A stretch of 64,000 nucleotides of DNA from Eledone cirrhosa (lineage: Eukaryota): the NCBI GenBank assembly GCA_964016885.1, contig OZ024743.1, positions 85,002,001-85,066,000 of the forward strand, given 5' to 3'. Below, piece after piece: positions 1-9,930 of the stretch. Position 1 is the stretch's first letter; each line of letters begins with the position of its first letter. Under the pieces are notes generated by a model, which was not told where the DNA came from, did no database searches, and worked only from the letters and a program-made list of their open reading frames with translations. The position numbers were made by a program, and so were the translations under genes.

Positions 1-368
1 GACCCGCCTTGCCTATGTACAAAGCGAAACCTACAGTCAGTGGCACCTCTAACAAAATATACACCCCCATCCCACTACACCTACTCCCACCCCCATCAAT
101 ACCACTCTTTCTCTGTAAAGTTATGTTAGTACCACAACATCCAGTCCAAAATAAATGAGGTCGTGTAGGTGTCACGACAAAAAAAAACACACAGTCCACG
201 CTGTAATGTGGTCGTGTAGGTAACACGGTAAAAACCTCCCAGTCCACACTGTAAACTTGGTTGGTGTTAGGAAGGGCATCCAGCCGTAGAAAACCTGCCA
301 GACAGTCATATCTTCCATGCTAGCGTGGAAGATAGACGTTAAATGATGATGGTGATGATGATGATGAT
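1..368 (+). mobile_element. RTE-clade LINE 3' end
   Basis: Closely similar to 19454-19896 (3' UTR of the RT-bearing copy); ends gctagcgtggaa...gacgttaaa(tga)n. Confidence 0.85.
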
Positions 369-370
369 AT

Positions 371-718
371 ATACAGAAATATATGGTGGAGAAAGCAAGA
401 CATTTAAAATTTATTCCTTACAGTGTTTCATCATTTAAGTACATTTAATAATTCAACAGAGGAATATACGAGGTTTATATCCTACAATAGAATTGTACCT
501 ATTACACTCTTCAGAGGAAGATTTTTTGCTCTTAATAATGTCACAAAAGGGATAATCCAAGTCTGTACAATTGTAAAATATAGGCTACACATTCAGGAAC
601 AGTTTAGCCTTTAAAAATTCGGAGATATTATGAACACATCCATAGCCATCGTAATTTCTGTGTTTTATAAGATGGCAGTGTTTAAATGTCTTGTTTTCTA
701 CCCCATATATTTCTGCAT
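371..718. mobile_element. degenerate foldback element with ~38-bp terminal inverted repeats
   Basis: atacagaaatatatggtggagaaagcaagacatttaaa (371-408) vs tttaaatgtcttgttttctaccccatatatttctgcat (681-718). Confidence 0.55.
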
Positions 719-867
719 AGACCCACTCTGCTTATCCACTGTACACAAACTCCATAAATATTAACTGAAATATTTAATCTCGCATGCTTTGCTTTATCTA
801 AGGCATCTAACATATTATATCATAATTCCTTCTCTATTCTTATGATATATGACACTTATTTTGATAT

Positions 868-1290
868 CATCATCACCGTTTTACATCCGTTCTTCCACGC
901 TAGCATGGATTAGATGGGTTGTCGTGTTGTGGGCAGTGTCCAGTTGGTCGGCTGACCTTGTCTTGCTCATACAGGAACTGATTCTGGCTTGATCTCTACA
1001 GCTGGATGCCCTTCCTAACACCAACCTCATTTACAGTGAGTGCTGGGTGTTTTTGTTCTGTGGCGCCTACACGTCCACTTTACAGTGTGGGCTGAGTGCT
1101 TTTTTGCCGTGGCATCTTCACGACCACTATTCTTCAGCTTCGGCTTGTTCCTGTGGGGGGTCGGGTCTTATGTATTACTGCGTGACGCCAGAGGTCACGG
1201 TCGTGTGTCATTGCCCTTGAGAGGTGCAATTGGGTAAGGTTGGCCTTTATCACCTCATCCCAGATCTTGTTGGGTCTCCCCACTCTGCAT
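868..1290 (-). mobile_element. RTE LINE 3' fragment
   Basis: (cat)n tail + ttccacgctagcatgg; reverse strand encodes GRPNKIWDEVIKANLTQLHLS, similar to the end of the copy at 27038-27450. Confidence 0.8.
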
Positions 1291-1474
1291 ATTTCGAACT
1301 CAGATCATAAAGGGTCGTAACTCTGTGCTGCAAAGCATGGTGTCAGACGCTCTACCGATACTGCTAATCCACCATTACTTACTATATATCTATATATATA
1401 TAATATTTTACTATGTATATAATATCAGTGTATTTGTCTGTTGTATGTTTTAGCCTGTCATTTCCTCTTTGCAG

Positions 1475-1562
1475 CTACATGGTGGGTACTGAAGACGGCC
1501 ACATTCACAAATGTTCTCTCACCTATAGTGAACAATATGTGGATACCTATAATGCCCACACG
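1475..1562 (+). CDS. DNAI4: DNAI4/WDR78-like dynein axonemal intermediate chain, internal exon A (upstream exons lie outside the window)
   Basis: tttcctctttgcAG|c...acg|GTaagt; encodes YMVGTEDGHIHKCSLTYSEQYVDTYNAHT, matching the recalled WDR78 motif YLAGTEEGHIHKCSCSYNEQYLDTYRGH. Confidence 0.9.
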
Positions 1563-2450
1563 GTAAGTAGAAGACATCTTTGCTTGTATGAAGAGAGGTT
1601 GTTTCTGGGCCATGTTTTTTCGAAACCTTACTAAGCTGGGTTATAGAGAAAACAAGGTTGAGAATTATAGTTAGTGTTTAGTATGGTTAAAAAATAGACC
1701 CAAATTAGATTAAATAATAATCATACCTTTGTAGCAAGAGTTGCCTCCCTTATGACAATCACATCACCGCTCTCTAGACAGGAAGTAGCTGGAGTTACTT
1801 CCCGTTGGGGTGGCAGAACTCTTTTTGTCACTTCCGTCCTGAGACCCTATAAAAGGGATACTCAGAGCGATCTCTCTCTCCTGAACAAACCTACCAATTG
1901 AATTCCTCTCCTGACTAATCCTACCTCTCCCCATCCCCCCAAATTCTCACTTGGCTAAAAGTTCCTCCCCTGTAATTTATATTTCTTCCCATGGGAGCCA
2001 AGTGCCTCCTGTTTGAGAATTACTGAGGTAGACCAACCCACCCTACACCAGATAGCAATAATTTTATAAACAGATGAAAGTGCCTCTCATTTGAGAATTA
2101 AATGATGTAGACCAACTTACCTTCAAATATTAACAGCACCAGAACCACAGTTATAAATGCATGTTGGGGCCTACCTCCATATTCAAATTTGACAAAACAA
2201 GAAATTTATAAACAGATGAAAGGTGGTTCCAATCAGAGTTTTAATTACTGGAGATATCTCCAAACTAATTTCATTGTGTGGTGGTAGGGTCATTCAAGAA
2301 CAAATTTACTTGCCCCCGTGGTGTAGTGGTAGAATCAAATAAGACCAAGCTTCCCTGCTCCCCAACATCTTTGATTCAGTACCTCTTTATTTCTCTAGCC
2401 CCTGTCACCTTCAATATATATTCCAGTATTTCATTAAAATGATCTCCAAA

Positions 2451-2720
2451 ATTCTATCCCAAGCTCTAGTATATTCCATTCTGTTATTCTATCCAAAGCT
2501 TTTGTATATTCCATTCTGTTATTCTATCCCAAGCTCCAGTATATTCCATTCTCTTATTCTATGCCAGGCTCTTGTATATTCCATTCTGTTATTCTATGCC
2601 AGGCTCTTTTATATTCCATTGTGTTATTCTATCCCAAGCTCCAGTGTATTCCATTCTGTTATTCTATGCTAGCCCTTTGTATATTCCATTATTCTATTTC
2701 AGGCCCCTGTGTATAGCATT
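2451..2720. repeat. 35-bp minisatellite overlapping the exon B splice acceptor
   Basis: About 8 units of attctatcccaagctctagtatattccattctgtt; the last unit is attctatttcAG|gcccctgtgtatagcatt. Confidence 0.85.
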
Positions 2721-2831
2721 AACTGGTCCCCCTTCCTGCCAGACGTATTCCTCAGCTGTGGAGGCGATTGGACAGTAAGACTGTGGCACCAAAATAGATT
2801 GGTACCAATTCTCAACTTCTACTCTTCCATT
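2703..2831 (+). CDS. DNAI4: DNAI4/WDR78-like exon B
   Basis: tttcAG|gcc...att|GTaagt; 129 nt, phase 0-0; APVYSINWSPFLPDVFLSCGGDWTVRLWHQNRLVPILNFYSSI (WD40 repeat). Confidence 0.92.
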
Positions 2832-2985
2832 GTAAGTCTTCACTTTTTCCTACTTTATCTCTCTTTAACTGGACACTGGTCATTGGGTTAGAGTTAGACA
2901 GTGGTCACTGGTAGCAGTGGTTATTTGGGGACTTTAGAAACTGGTGACTGGTAGTAGTGGTTATCTGTATCTTTGGATTATACTA

Positions 2986-3180
2986 GATGGACTGGATTAG
3001 CAGTATTGGTAGAGGGTCTGACGCCATGCTTTGCAGCAAAGAGTTACGGCCCTTTATGGTCTGAGTTCAAATCCCGCCGAAGTTAACTTTGCTTTTCATC
3101 CTTACGAGGTCGATAAAATGAAGTACCAGTAATGCACTGGGATAATTGCAGGCCTTGTGGCAAATGTAGAAACAATTATT
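2986..3180 (+). mobile_element. tRNA-derived SINE with Deu/Nin-like core
   Basis: B-box gagttcaaatcc, core aactttgcttttcatccttacgaggtcgataaaatgaagtaccag, tail ggccttgtg...gtagaaacaatta; other copies at 1290-1375(-), 3960-4425, 10066-10275, 23913-24370, 25200-25360. Confidence 0.8.
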
Positions 3181-3227
3181 GTCTAATGACTTTGACCAAG
3201 ATACATCAAGGTGAATATCAGCCTTTG

Positions 3228-3620
3228 TACCTAGCACTATGTAGATACCACACTGTGGTGGTATATGTATATCTAACTGTAGTTAGGTACTACACTGTGG
3301 TGATATCTGTGTATCTAGCTTTATGTAGGTACCACACTGTGTGATATCTGTGTACCTAGCTCTATGTTGGTACCATACTGTGTGATATCTGTGTACCTAA
3401 CTCTATGTTGGTACCACACTAACGATATCTGTGTACCTAGCTCTATGTTGGTACCATACTGTGTGATATCTGTACCGAGCTCTGTTGGTACCATACTGTG
3501 TGATATCTGTGTACTTAACTGTATGTAGGTACTATACTGTGTGATATCTTTGTACCTAGCTCTATGTAGGTACCACTCTATGGTAAGATCTGTTTCATGC
3601 TCTATGTAGGTACCATTGTG
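3228..3620. repeat. ~41-bp minisatellite
   Basis: Units of gatatctgtgtacctagctctatgttggtaccatactgtgt. Confidence 0.85.
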
Positions 3621-3795
3621 TGGTGATGATGATGATGATGATGAAGATGCATTCCAATTAATGTTTGATCGAGAATAATGCATGTATTTCTAGAAATATA
3701 TTATACAATACCCACCTCTCCCCACCCATTATGTTTATTCTTAGGTCAGTCATGTATTCCTCTGACTCAACTTTTCCTAATTCTTCATATTTCAG

Positions 3796-3870
3796 GCTGT
3801 GGAATCAAAAACTGATCGTAGTGGACGAGTACTCCTACAAACTTCCGGTGAGAAAACAGTGAACCGTTTG
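3796..3870 (+). CDS. candidate 75-nt symmetric cassette exon in the DNAI4-like gene
   Basis: Polypyrimidine tract + tttcAG|gct...ttg|GTaaat; phase 0-0, no stop: AVESKTDRSGRVLLQTSGEKTVNRL; no recognisable WDR78 homology. Confidence 0.4.
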
Positions 3871-5109
3871 GTAAATATTTTTTTCATTTTTACCTTTTAG
3901 GAGGTCTTTTTATTTTTTTATTTATTTATTTTCCATTTTTATTTTTATTTCTTACTTTAATCCTGATGGGGGTTGATAAAATAAAGTACCAGTAACACAC
4001 TGGGTTCGATTTAATCGATTTTCCCCTCCCTCAAAATTGTTGGACTTGTGCCTAAATCAGAAACCATTATTTTATTTTCCATTAGAGCAATGGACAAAAT
4101 GCTCTGTGGTATTTGTTCCAGCTCTTTACATTTCTGATTTTAAACCTTGCCAAGTTCAACTTTAACTTTTGTTATCCTGGGATCAATAAAATAAAATACC
4201 AGGGCCGATATAATCAATTTTCTCTTTCCCCCAAATTTCTGGCCTTGTGCCAATGTTGAAAGAATTAGTAAGGATGGAGGATTAGCAGAATTATTAGAAT
4301 GTCAGACAAAATGTTTTGCAGTAATTGTTCTGGCTCTATACATCTTGAGTTCATATCCTGTGAAAGTTAATGTTGCCTTTTAAGCTTCACAGGTTGGCAG
4401 TGTACCTAAATCAGAAAGCATTATTTTATTTTCAAGTGTGTGTTGTTGTTTTTTTGTGGGAGAGGGTTTACTTGAAGCTACAATTATGGGAGAAACATTG
4501 TGAGGTTCTTCAGAAAAGAAATATGTAAGGAAAATTGTGAGGTTCTTTAGAAAAGAAATATATCTGTGGTTGTCAATGGAGGAAGAGCAGTACTCCTGAC
4601 CCACTTCCAGGATCTGCCTTATTGGTGGTGAGGGGTGGTGGTTGGGGACAGAAGAAGAGACCACAACTGAAATGTTCTCTTTACACAAGAGACTTAGTCT
4701 AAATACCTGCAACAGCATTCAAAGGCCAGAGGATGGGGGAGGGTTTTAATATTTTGATACTAACTCACCCAAAACGAGCTCTGGTTCTATGAAACAAAAC
4801 CATACATTTTAATGTATATCTATTTAAATTAAAATCTTTACAATATAATTTTATATAAGAACCTTATGTTAAGTTGCTATCTTATATACATAATACATAA
4901 TACATAATTTTAGTGAATCCCTAAAAAAATGTTCATTAACCCTTTTGCTAACAACCCAGCCAAAAGCAGCTCTAGTTTTATGCCCTCTCCCCCCTATTTT
5001 AAACGGTTCCTAATTAAGTCAAAATTTTCCAACATAATTTTATATAAGAACTATATGTTAAGTTACTATCTTAGTAATGAAATAATTAATAATTATATAT
5101 ATATCTGAA

Positions 5110-5330
5110 GGTACGTAGCCTAGTGGTAAGGGTGTTGGATTTACAATAATAATGTTGTGGGTTTGATTCCTAGCCTGGGTTGTGTGTTGTGTTTTTGAGC
5201 AAAACACTTCATTGCACATTGCCCCAGTATATTCAGCTGAAAATGAGTACCAACAATAGTTGGGGGTTTAACCCTGCAATTGACTGGCCTCCTGTCCAGT
5301 AGGGAGTCTTGTACTCCCAGTTGCTTGACT
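5110..5330 (+). mobile_element. tRNA-derived SINE, second family (V/Meta-like core)
   Basis: A-box tagcctagtggtaag, B-box ggtttgattcc, core ttgagcaaaacacttcattgcacattgc; other copies at 30516-30660 and 37828-37940. Confidence 0.7.
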
Positions 5331-5400
5331 TGAGACAGACTTTAGACTTAGACTATGTATATATACACATACATACATATACATTTATTCTACATTACAG

Positions 5401-5498
5401 AAAACAGTCTATTCAGTTGAATGGTCCCCAACATCATCAACTGTGTTTGCCTGTGTCAACCATGATGAAGTTGAGGTCTGGGACTTGAGCCAGGACAT
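5401..5498 (+). CDS. DNAI4: DNAI4/WDR78-like exon C
   Basis: ttacAG|aaa...gacat|GTaagt; KTVYSVEWSPTSSTVFACVNHDEVEVWDLSQD (WD40 repeat), ends in phase 2. Confidence 0.92.
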
Positions 5499-5799
5499 GT
5501 AAGTTGTTTTAATATTAATGGCTGTAACTCTATGCAACAAAGCATCATCATCTTCATCATTATTGTTTTTATGACTGATTTTCCACGCTTGCATGGGTTG
5601 CAGATGTGGACATCCATTTTTCCATGCTAGCATGGGTTAGACAAGTCAGATCCGGTGACCGTGTCTTGCTCATACAGAACTGGTTCTGGCTTGGTTTCTA
5701 CAGCTAGATGCCCTTCCTAATGCCAACTATACTTACAGTGTGTACTAGGTGCTTTTTGTTGTGACACCTACCCGACCACTTTACAATGTGGGCTGGGCG

Positions 5800-5874
<75 letters not shown>

Positions 5875-5878
<4 letters not shown>

Positions 5879-6249
5879 GATATTAACAAATGGAAACTAT
5901 ATTTATAAAACCATATTTATTTCATTATACATATTTCAAGGACACCAAGTTAAATTATGGTGTGCTTTCATCAGATAAAATATAATATAGATCAGTTTTA
6001 TAAATAAATATTGACATACCCTTAAAGAATGCAACTATTACTGTTGGAAGCTCCCGGCTAGTCTATCTGGGAGCTTCCAACAGTAATGGTTGCTTTCTTT
6101 AAGGGTATGTCAATATTTATTTATAAAACTGATCTATATTATATTTTATCTGATGAAAGCACACCATAATTTAACTTGGTGTCCTTGAAATATGTATAAT
6201 GAAATAAATATGGTTTTATAAATATAGTTTCCATTTGTTAATATCGTAT
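5875..6249. mobile_element. foldback element (~180-bp arms, 13-nt loop) carrying a hammerhead motif; Penelope-like pseudo-LTR derivative
   Basis: Near-perfect inverted repeat 5875-6055 / 6069-6249 abutting (TA)n. Confidence 0.8.
6142..6206 (+). ncRNA. minimal type I hammerhead ribozyme motif
   Basis: tattttat-CTGATGA(6150)-aagcacacca/tggtgtcctt-GAAA(6187)-tatgta-TA-atgaaata; mirror copy on the - strand at about 5918-5982. Confidence 0.7.
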
Positions 6250-6517
6250 TGTTACTCCAAATATTTGTTGAGTGCTTTATATCAATTATAAAAATATTTG
6301 CTTGTTGTAGCCCAACAATTTAAATAGAACTTTTACATATATATATATATATATATTTGTTTTGCGAGGTTTTTGATATAACAATATATAATAATAATAA
6401 TATTATTTATACTTATATATAATTATAAACAGGAAAGGTCAGTAATTCATTACTACCTTATTACCAGTAAGAAAAATAGCTCAATGTAAATACATCAGAT
6501 GTTTTACAGAACCGGAA

Positions 6518-6773
6518 TATAAATAACAGAATAATCAAAACTATGTTCAAAACATTTTATTGCTGACAATCGTTTCTTCCAAACTTTCTTTGGAATCATC
6601 GGAGCACTAGCAAAGTTTAGACATATAATTAACCTCCTATTCCACAGAACAAGGAGGTTAATTATATGTCTAAACTTTGCTAGTGCCCCGATGATTCCAA
6701 ACAAAAGTTTGGAAGAAACGATTGTCAGCAATAAAATGTTTTGAACATAGTTTTGATTATTCTGTAATTTATA
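6518..6773. mobile_element. foldback element (~120-bp arms, 13-nt loop) carrying a hammerhead motif
   Basis: Inverted repeat 6518-6638 / 6652-6773, near (TA)n. Confidence 0.8.
6681..6733 (+). ncRNA. minimal type I hammerhead motif (U4C core variant)
   Basis: tagtgc(c/t)-CCGATGA(6688)-ttccaaac aaaa gtttggaa-GAAA(6715)-cgattg-TC-agcaata. Confidence 0.65.
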
Positions 6774-6959
6774 ACAATATATATATTAATATATATATAT
6801 ATTAATATGTATATATTCCTATATTCTGATTAGTATACCTAAGTATATATATTTGTTAATAGTCACAAACCAAGTAAATATATTACTTTACTAATATACT
6901 GTGAAGCTACTGTCTACAATGTCTGGTTGTTATTTATGAAATACCTGATTATTTTCCAG

Positions 6960-7050
6960 ATTGGATCCTATTATTCATTATATCCATCCCAACAGCTCTA
7001 ATGTACCTGTTGTAGCACCTTCCTGGGTGACATTTGCCAAAAATTCAGAG
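6960..7050 (+). CDS. DNAI4: DNAI4/WDR78-like exon D
   Basis: ttttccAG|a ttg gat cct...gag|GTatgt; (I)LDPIIHYIHPNSSNVPVVAPSWVTFAKNSE; phase joins exon C. Confidence 0.88.
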
Positions 7051-7404
7051 GTATGTTTTGTTTTTCTTGGTTACTTTTGGTCTGGAAATAGAGCCAGTGA
7101 TGGATGTTGTGTAGAGAAATGGAATGAGATGGTTGGGTCATGTGTTGAGGATGAATGAAAGTAACTGAGTCAGGGAAGTGATGGAAATAAATGTAGAAGG
7201 AAGTAGAGGAAGAGGAAGACTAAGGATAACATGGCTAAATTTAGTGGGGCAGGAAATGAAAGCCAAGTGTTTAGTGAGAGGTGATGCAAATGATATGGTA
7301 AAATTGAGAAGCTTGTCATAGGGTCTGCAAAGCCAATTCCTGCTCTAGCAGAGAAATGGCTTAAAAACACTTGTACTTTTGGTAAGTTGAAAGAAGCATG
7401 TGTT

Positions 7405-7650
7405 GTAGTTTAACCCCAGGTTATCTCTGATCCACTAGGCTTATATTATAGTTTATCCCCAGATGATCCTAAGGTCTACATTGTAGTTTAGCCCTAGGTC
7501 AGTTATGATCCAGCAGGTCTATGTTGTAGTTGAGCCCTAGATCAGTTATGGTCCAGCAGATCTACATTGTAGTTGAGCCCCTGGCCAGATCTGATCTACG
7601 ATGTAGTTTAGCCCTAGGTCAACCCAAGGTTAGTTATGGTCTAGCAGACC
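7405..7650. repeat. ~42-bp degenerate minisatellite
   Basis: Units of tgtagtttagccctaggtcagttatgatccagcaggtcta. Confidence 0.7.
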
Positions 7651-7777
7651 TATGCTCAAAGACACTCCAGCTGTGACCATGCTGCAGAACTACAGTATTG
7701 TGTCTTGTTTGACAGTAAGGTTTTCAGGGAGATTTGATTGTTTTTCTGTTTGTGTAGAAACTTCCTCATTGGCCAAT

Positions 7778-8150
7778 AGTAGTAGTAATAGCAACAACAG
7801 CTGCAGTAGTAGTAGTAGCAACAACAGCTGCAGTAGTAGTAGTAGCAACAACAGCTGCAGTAGTAGTAGTAGCAACAACAGCTGCAGTAGTAGTAGTAGC
7901 AACAACAGCTGCAGTAGTAGTAGTAGCAACAACAGCTGCAGTAGTAGTAGTAGCAACAACAGCTGCAGTAATCATAGTGGTAATCATAGTGGTAACAGCA
8001 TTAGCAGCATTAGCAACAGCAATAGCAGCATCATCATCATCAGTAGTAGTAGTAGTAGTAAGAGCAGCAGCAGTAGTAGTAGTAGTAATAACAATATCAG
8101 CAGCAGTGGTGGTAGTAGTAGTATGTGATCATCATCATCATTATCATCAT
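7778..8150. repeat. 27-bp repeat grading into AGT/AGC/CAT trinucleotides
   Basis: About 7 units of agcaacaacagctgcagtagtagtagt. Confidence 0.9.
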
Positions 8151-8169
8151 GTTTTATATCTATTTCCAG

Positions 8170-8247
8170 TGTCTGTTTGTTGGTGATAGTGGTGGAAATG
8201 TTACAGTGTTACAGTTGGAGAACATGCCCCCTCCACCTACCAAACAG
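8170..8247 (+). CDS. DNAI4: DNAI4/WDR78-like exon E
   Basis: tttccAG|tgt...cag|GTaagc; CLFVGDSGGNVTVLQLENMPPPPTKQ (compare recalled WDR78 CLLVGDSDGQVSVYELRNMP). Confidence 0.9.
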
Positions 8248-8860
8248 GTAAGCATCATACATATTATCATCATCATTTAACGTCCATTTTTTCCACGCTA
8301 GCATGGGTTAGACGAGTTGTCCCATTGTGAGACAAGTCAGATCAGGTGACCATGTCTTGCTCATACAGAACTGTTTCTGGCTTGGTTTGTATGGCAGTGT
8401 GTTCTGAGAGCTTTTCATTGTGGCACCACAACGACCACCTTACAGGTTGGACAAGATGCTTTTTGCCATGTCACCAACACCACCACATTGCAATATATAT
8501 ATCAAATTGAAAGAATGTCCTGTGTAGCTAAAATCTTATAAAATTAATTTAAAAAAAAGTCGGCAAAGACAACGGTAAAACGGACAAAACACAGGACAAT
8601 CTCTTCTCATCTGCCATCTGGCGGTCCTTGTGATTTCGGCCCTTTAAGGTCGATACCACTGGATCCAGTGCATATGGGACAGTAACAAATGGACACAAGG
8701 CAGGACGATTGGTATTTCGACTATTTACAAATAAAATAATTACTATGCACACACACATATATATATATATATATGTAGGAGGTGAGTTTTATTGTAGTAC
8801 AATAAAGCAATGCAGATATCGGATAAGAAGCACTCTACAGTTTGTGGGACTGGAGTATGC

Positions 8861-9082
8861 ATAATATAAGATCAAAAGATGGTTAAAGGAGTTCCATATA
8901 TTTTATTATGCGCATTTCAGATATGTTGATTTAAAACTGCACTATCCACAAGTGTTTTTTAGCCTTCATATCATGTTCTCCTGTTTTATCTGATGAAAAC
9001 ACAAATGTTATTGCTTGATGATGTTTGTTTTTGAAATGCGCATAATAAAATATATGGAACTCCTTTAACCATCTTTTGATCT

Positions 9083-9090
<8 letters not shown>
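8861..9090. mobile_element. element with 59-bp terminal inverted repeats and a hammerhead motif, abutting (TA)n
   Basis: 8861-8919 is the reverse complement of 9032-9090. Confidence 0.75.
8982..9052 (+). ncRNA. minimal type I hammerhead ribozyme motif
   Basis: tgttttat-CTGATGA(8990)-aaacacaaat/gtttgttttt-GAAA(9033)-tgcgca-TA-ataaaata; ATGCGCAT is a perfect palindrome. Confidence 0.75.
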
Positions 9091-9114
<24 letters not shown>

Positions 9115-9389
9115 CATCATCATTATTGTTATCATCATCATCATCATCATTAAATGGTGATGATGATGATGATATACATACACATACATATGCACACCAT
9201 GCACACGTGTACATGCATATATATATTTTATATATATATATATATATACACACACATACATCACACATACAGCTGTACAGATACTACATACATATACCAC
9301 ATCATTTTCATGTCTGTTTCATGTACCATATTACATCATCTGTACCACATGAGAGATTATGTCTAATTGACTGTTATTATCTGTTCCAG

Positions 9390-9491
9390 CGAGATGCTCT
9401 CATCAAGATTCTCACTGACTCCCTTGCTACCCAGCTGTGCACTCCTGCTGAGGGACATGCTGTTATTTTTAAAGGGGATGACTGCCCATAG
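9390..9491 (+). CDS. DNAI4: DNAI4/WDR78-like terminal coding exon
   Basis: ctgttccAG|cga...cca TAG; RDALIKILTDSLATQLCTPAEGHAVIFKGDDCP*; phase 0 consistent. Confidence 0.8.
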   Translation, partial: RDALIKILTDSLATQLCTPAEGHAVIFKGDDCP

Positions 9492-9499
9492 ACATCTTA

Positions 9500-9930
9500 A
9501 CCTGAAGACACACCTCCTCTCAGCAAAAGGCTCACTGTCACATTGTAAAAAACACATTTTCACATTGTAAAAGATACACCTCCTCAGGGTAAAAGACACA
9601 CCACCTTACAATAAAAGATACACCTCCTCACAATAAAAGACACACCTCCCTACAGTAAAGACATATCTCCTTACATACTTTCACATTGTAAAAGATACAC
9701 CCCCCTCAATGAAAGGCACACCTCCACATTGTAAAAGACACACCTTCACATGTTAAAAGACACATCATCTCACAGTAAAAGATATACCTCACAGTGAAAG
9801 ACACACCTCACAGTGAAAGACACACCTCACTGAAAGCCACACCTCTTCAAAGTCAAAAGCACACCTCCTCACAGTAAAAGCCACACCCTCTCAAAGTGAA
9901 ACACACACATCCTCAATGAAAGACATGCCA
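9500..9930. repeat. ~22-bp degenerate repeat in the probable 3' UTR, containing AATAAA at 9610 and 9632
   Basis: Units of taaaagacacacctcctcacag immediately after the stop codon. Confidence 0.75.

Noticed and set aside
7652-8186. Ser-rich and Leu-rich ORFs
   Set aside because: Intronic 27-bp and trinucleotide repeat between exons D and E
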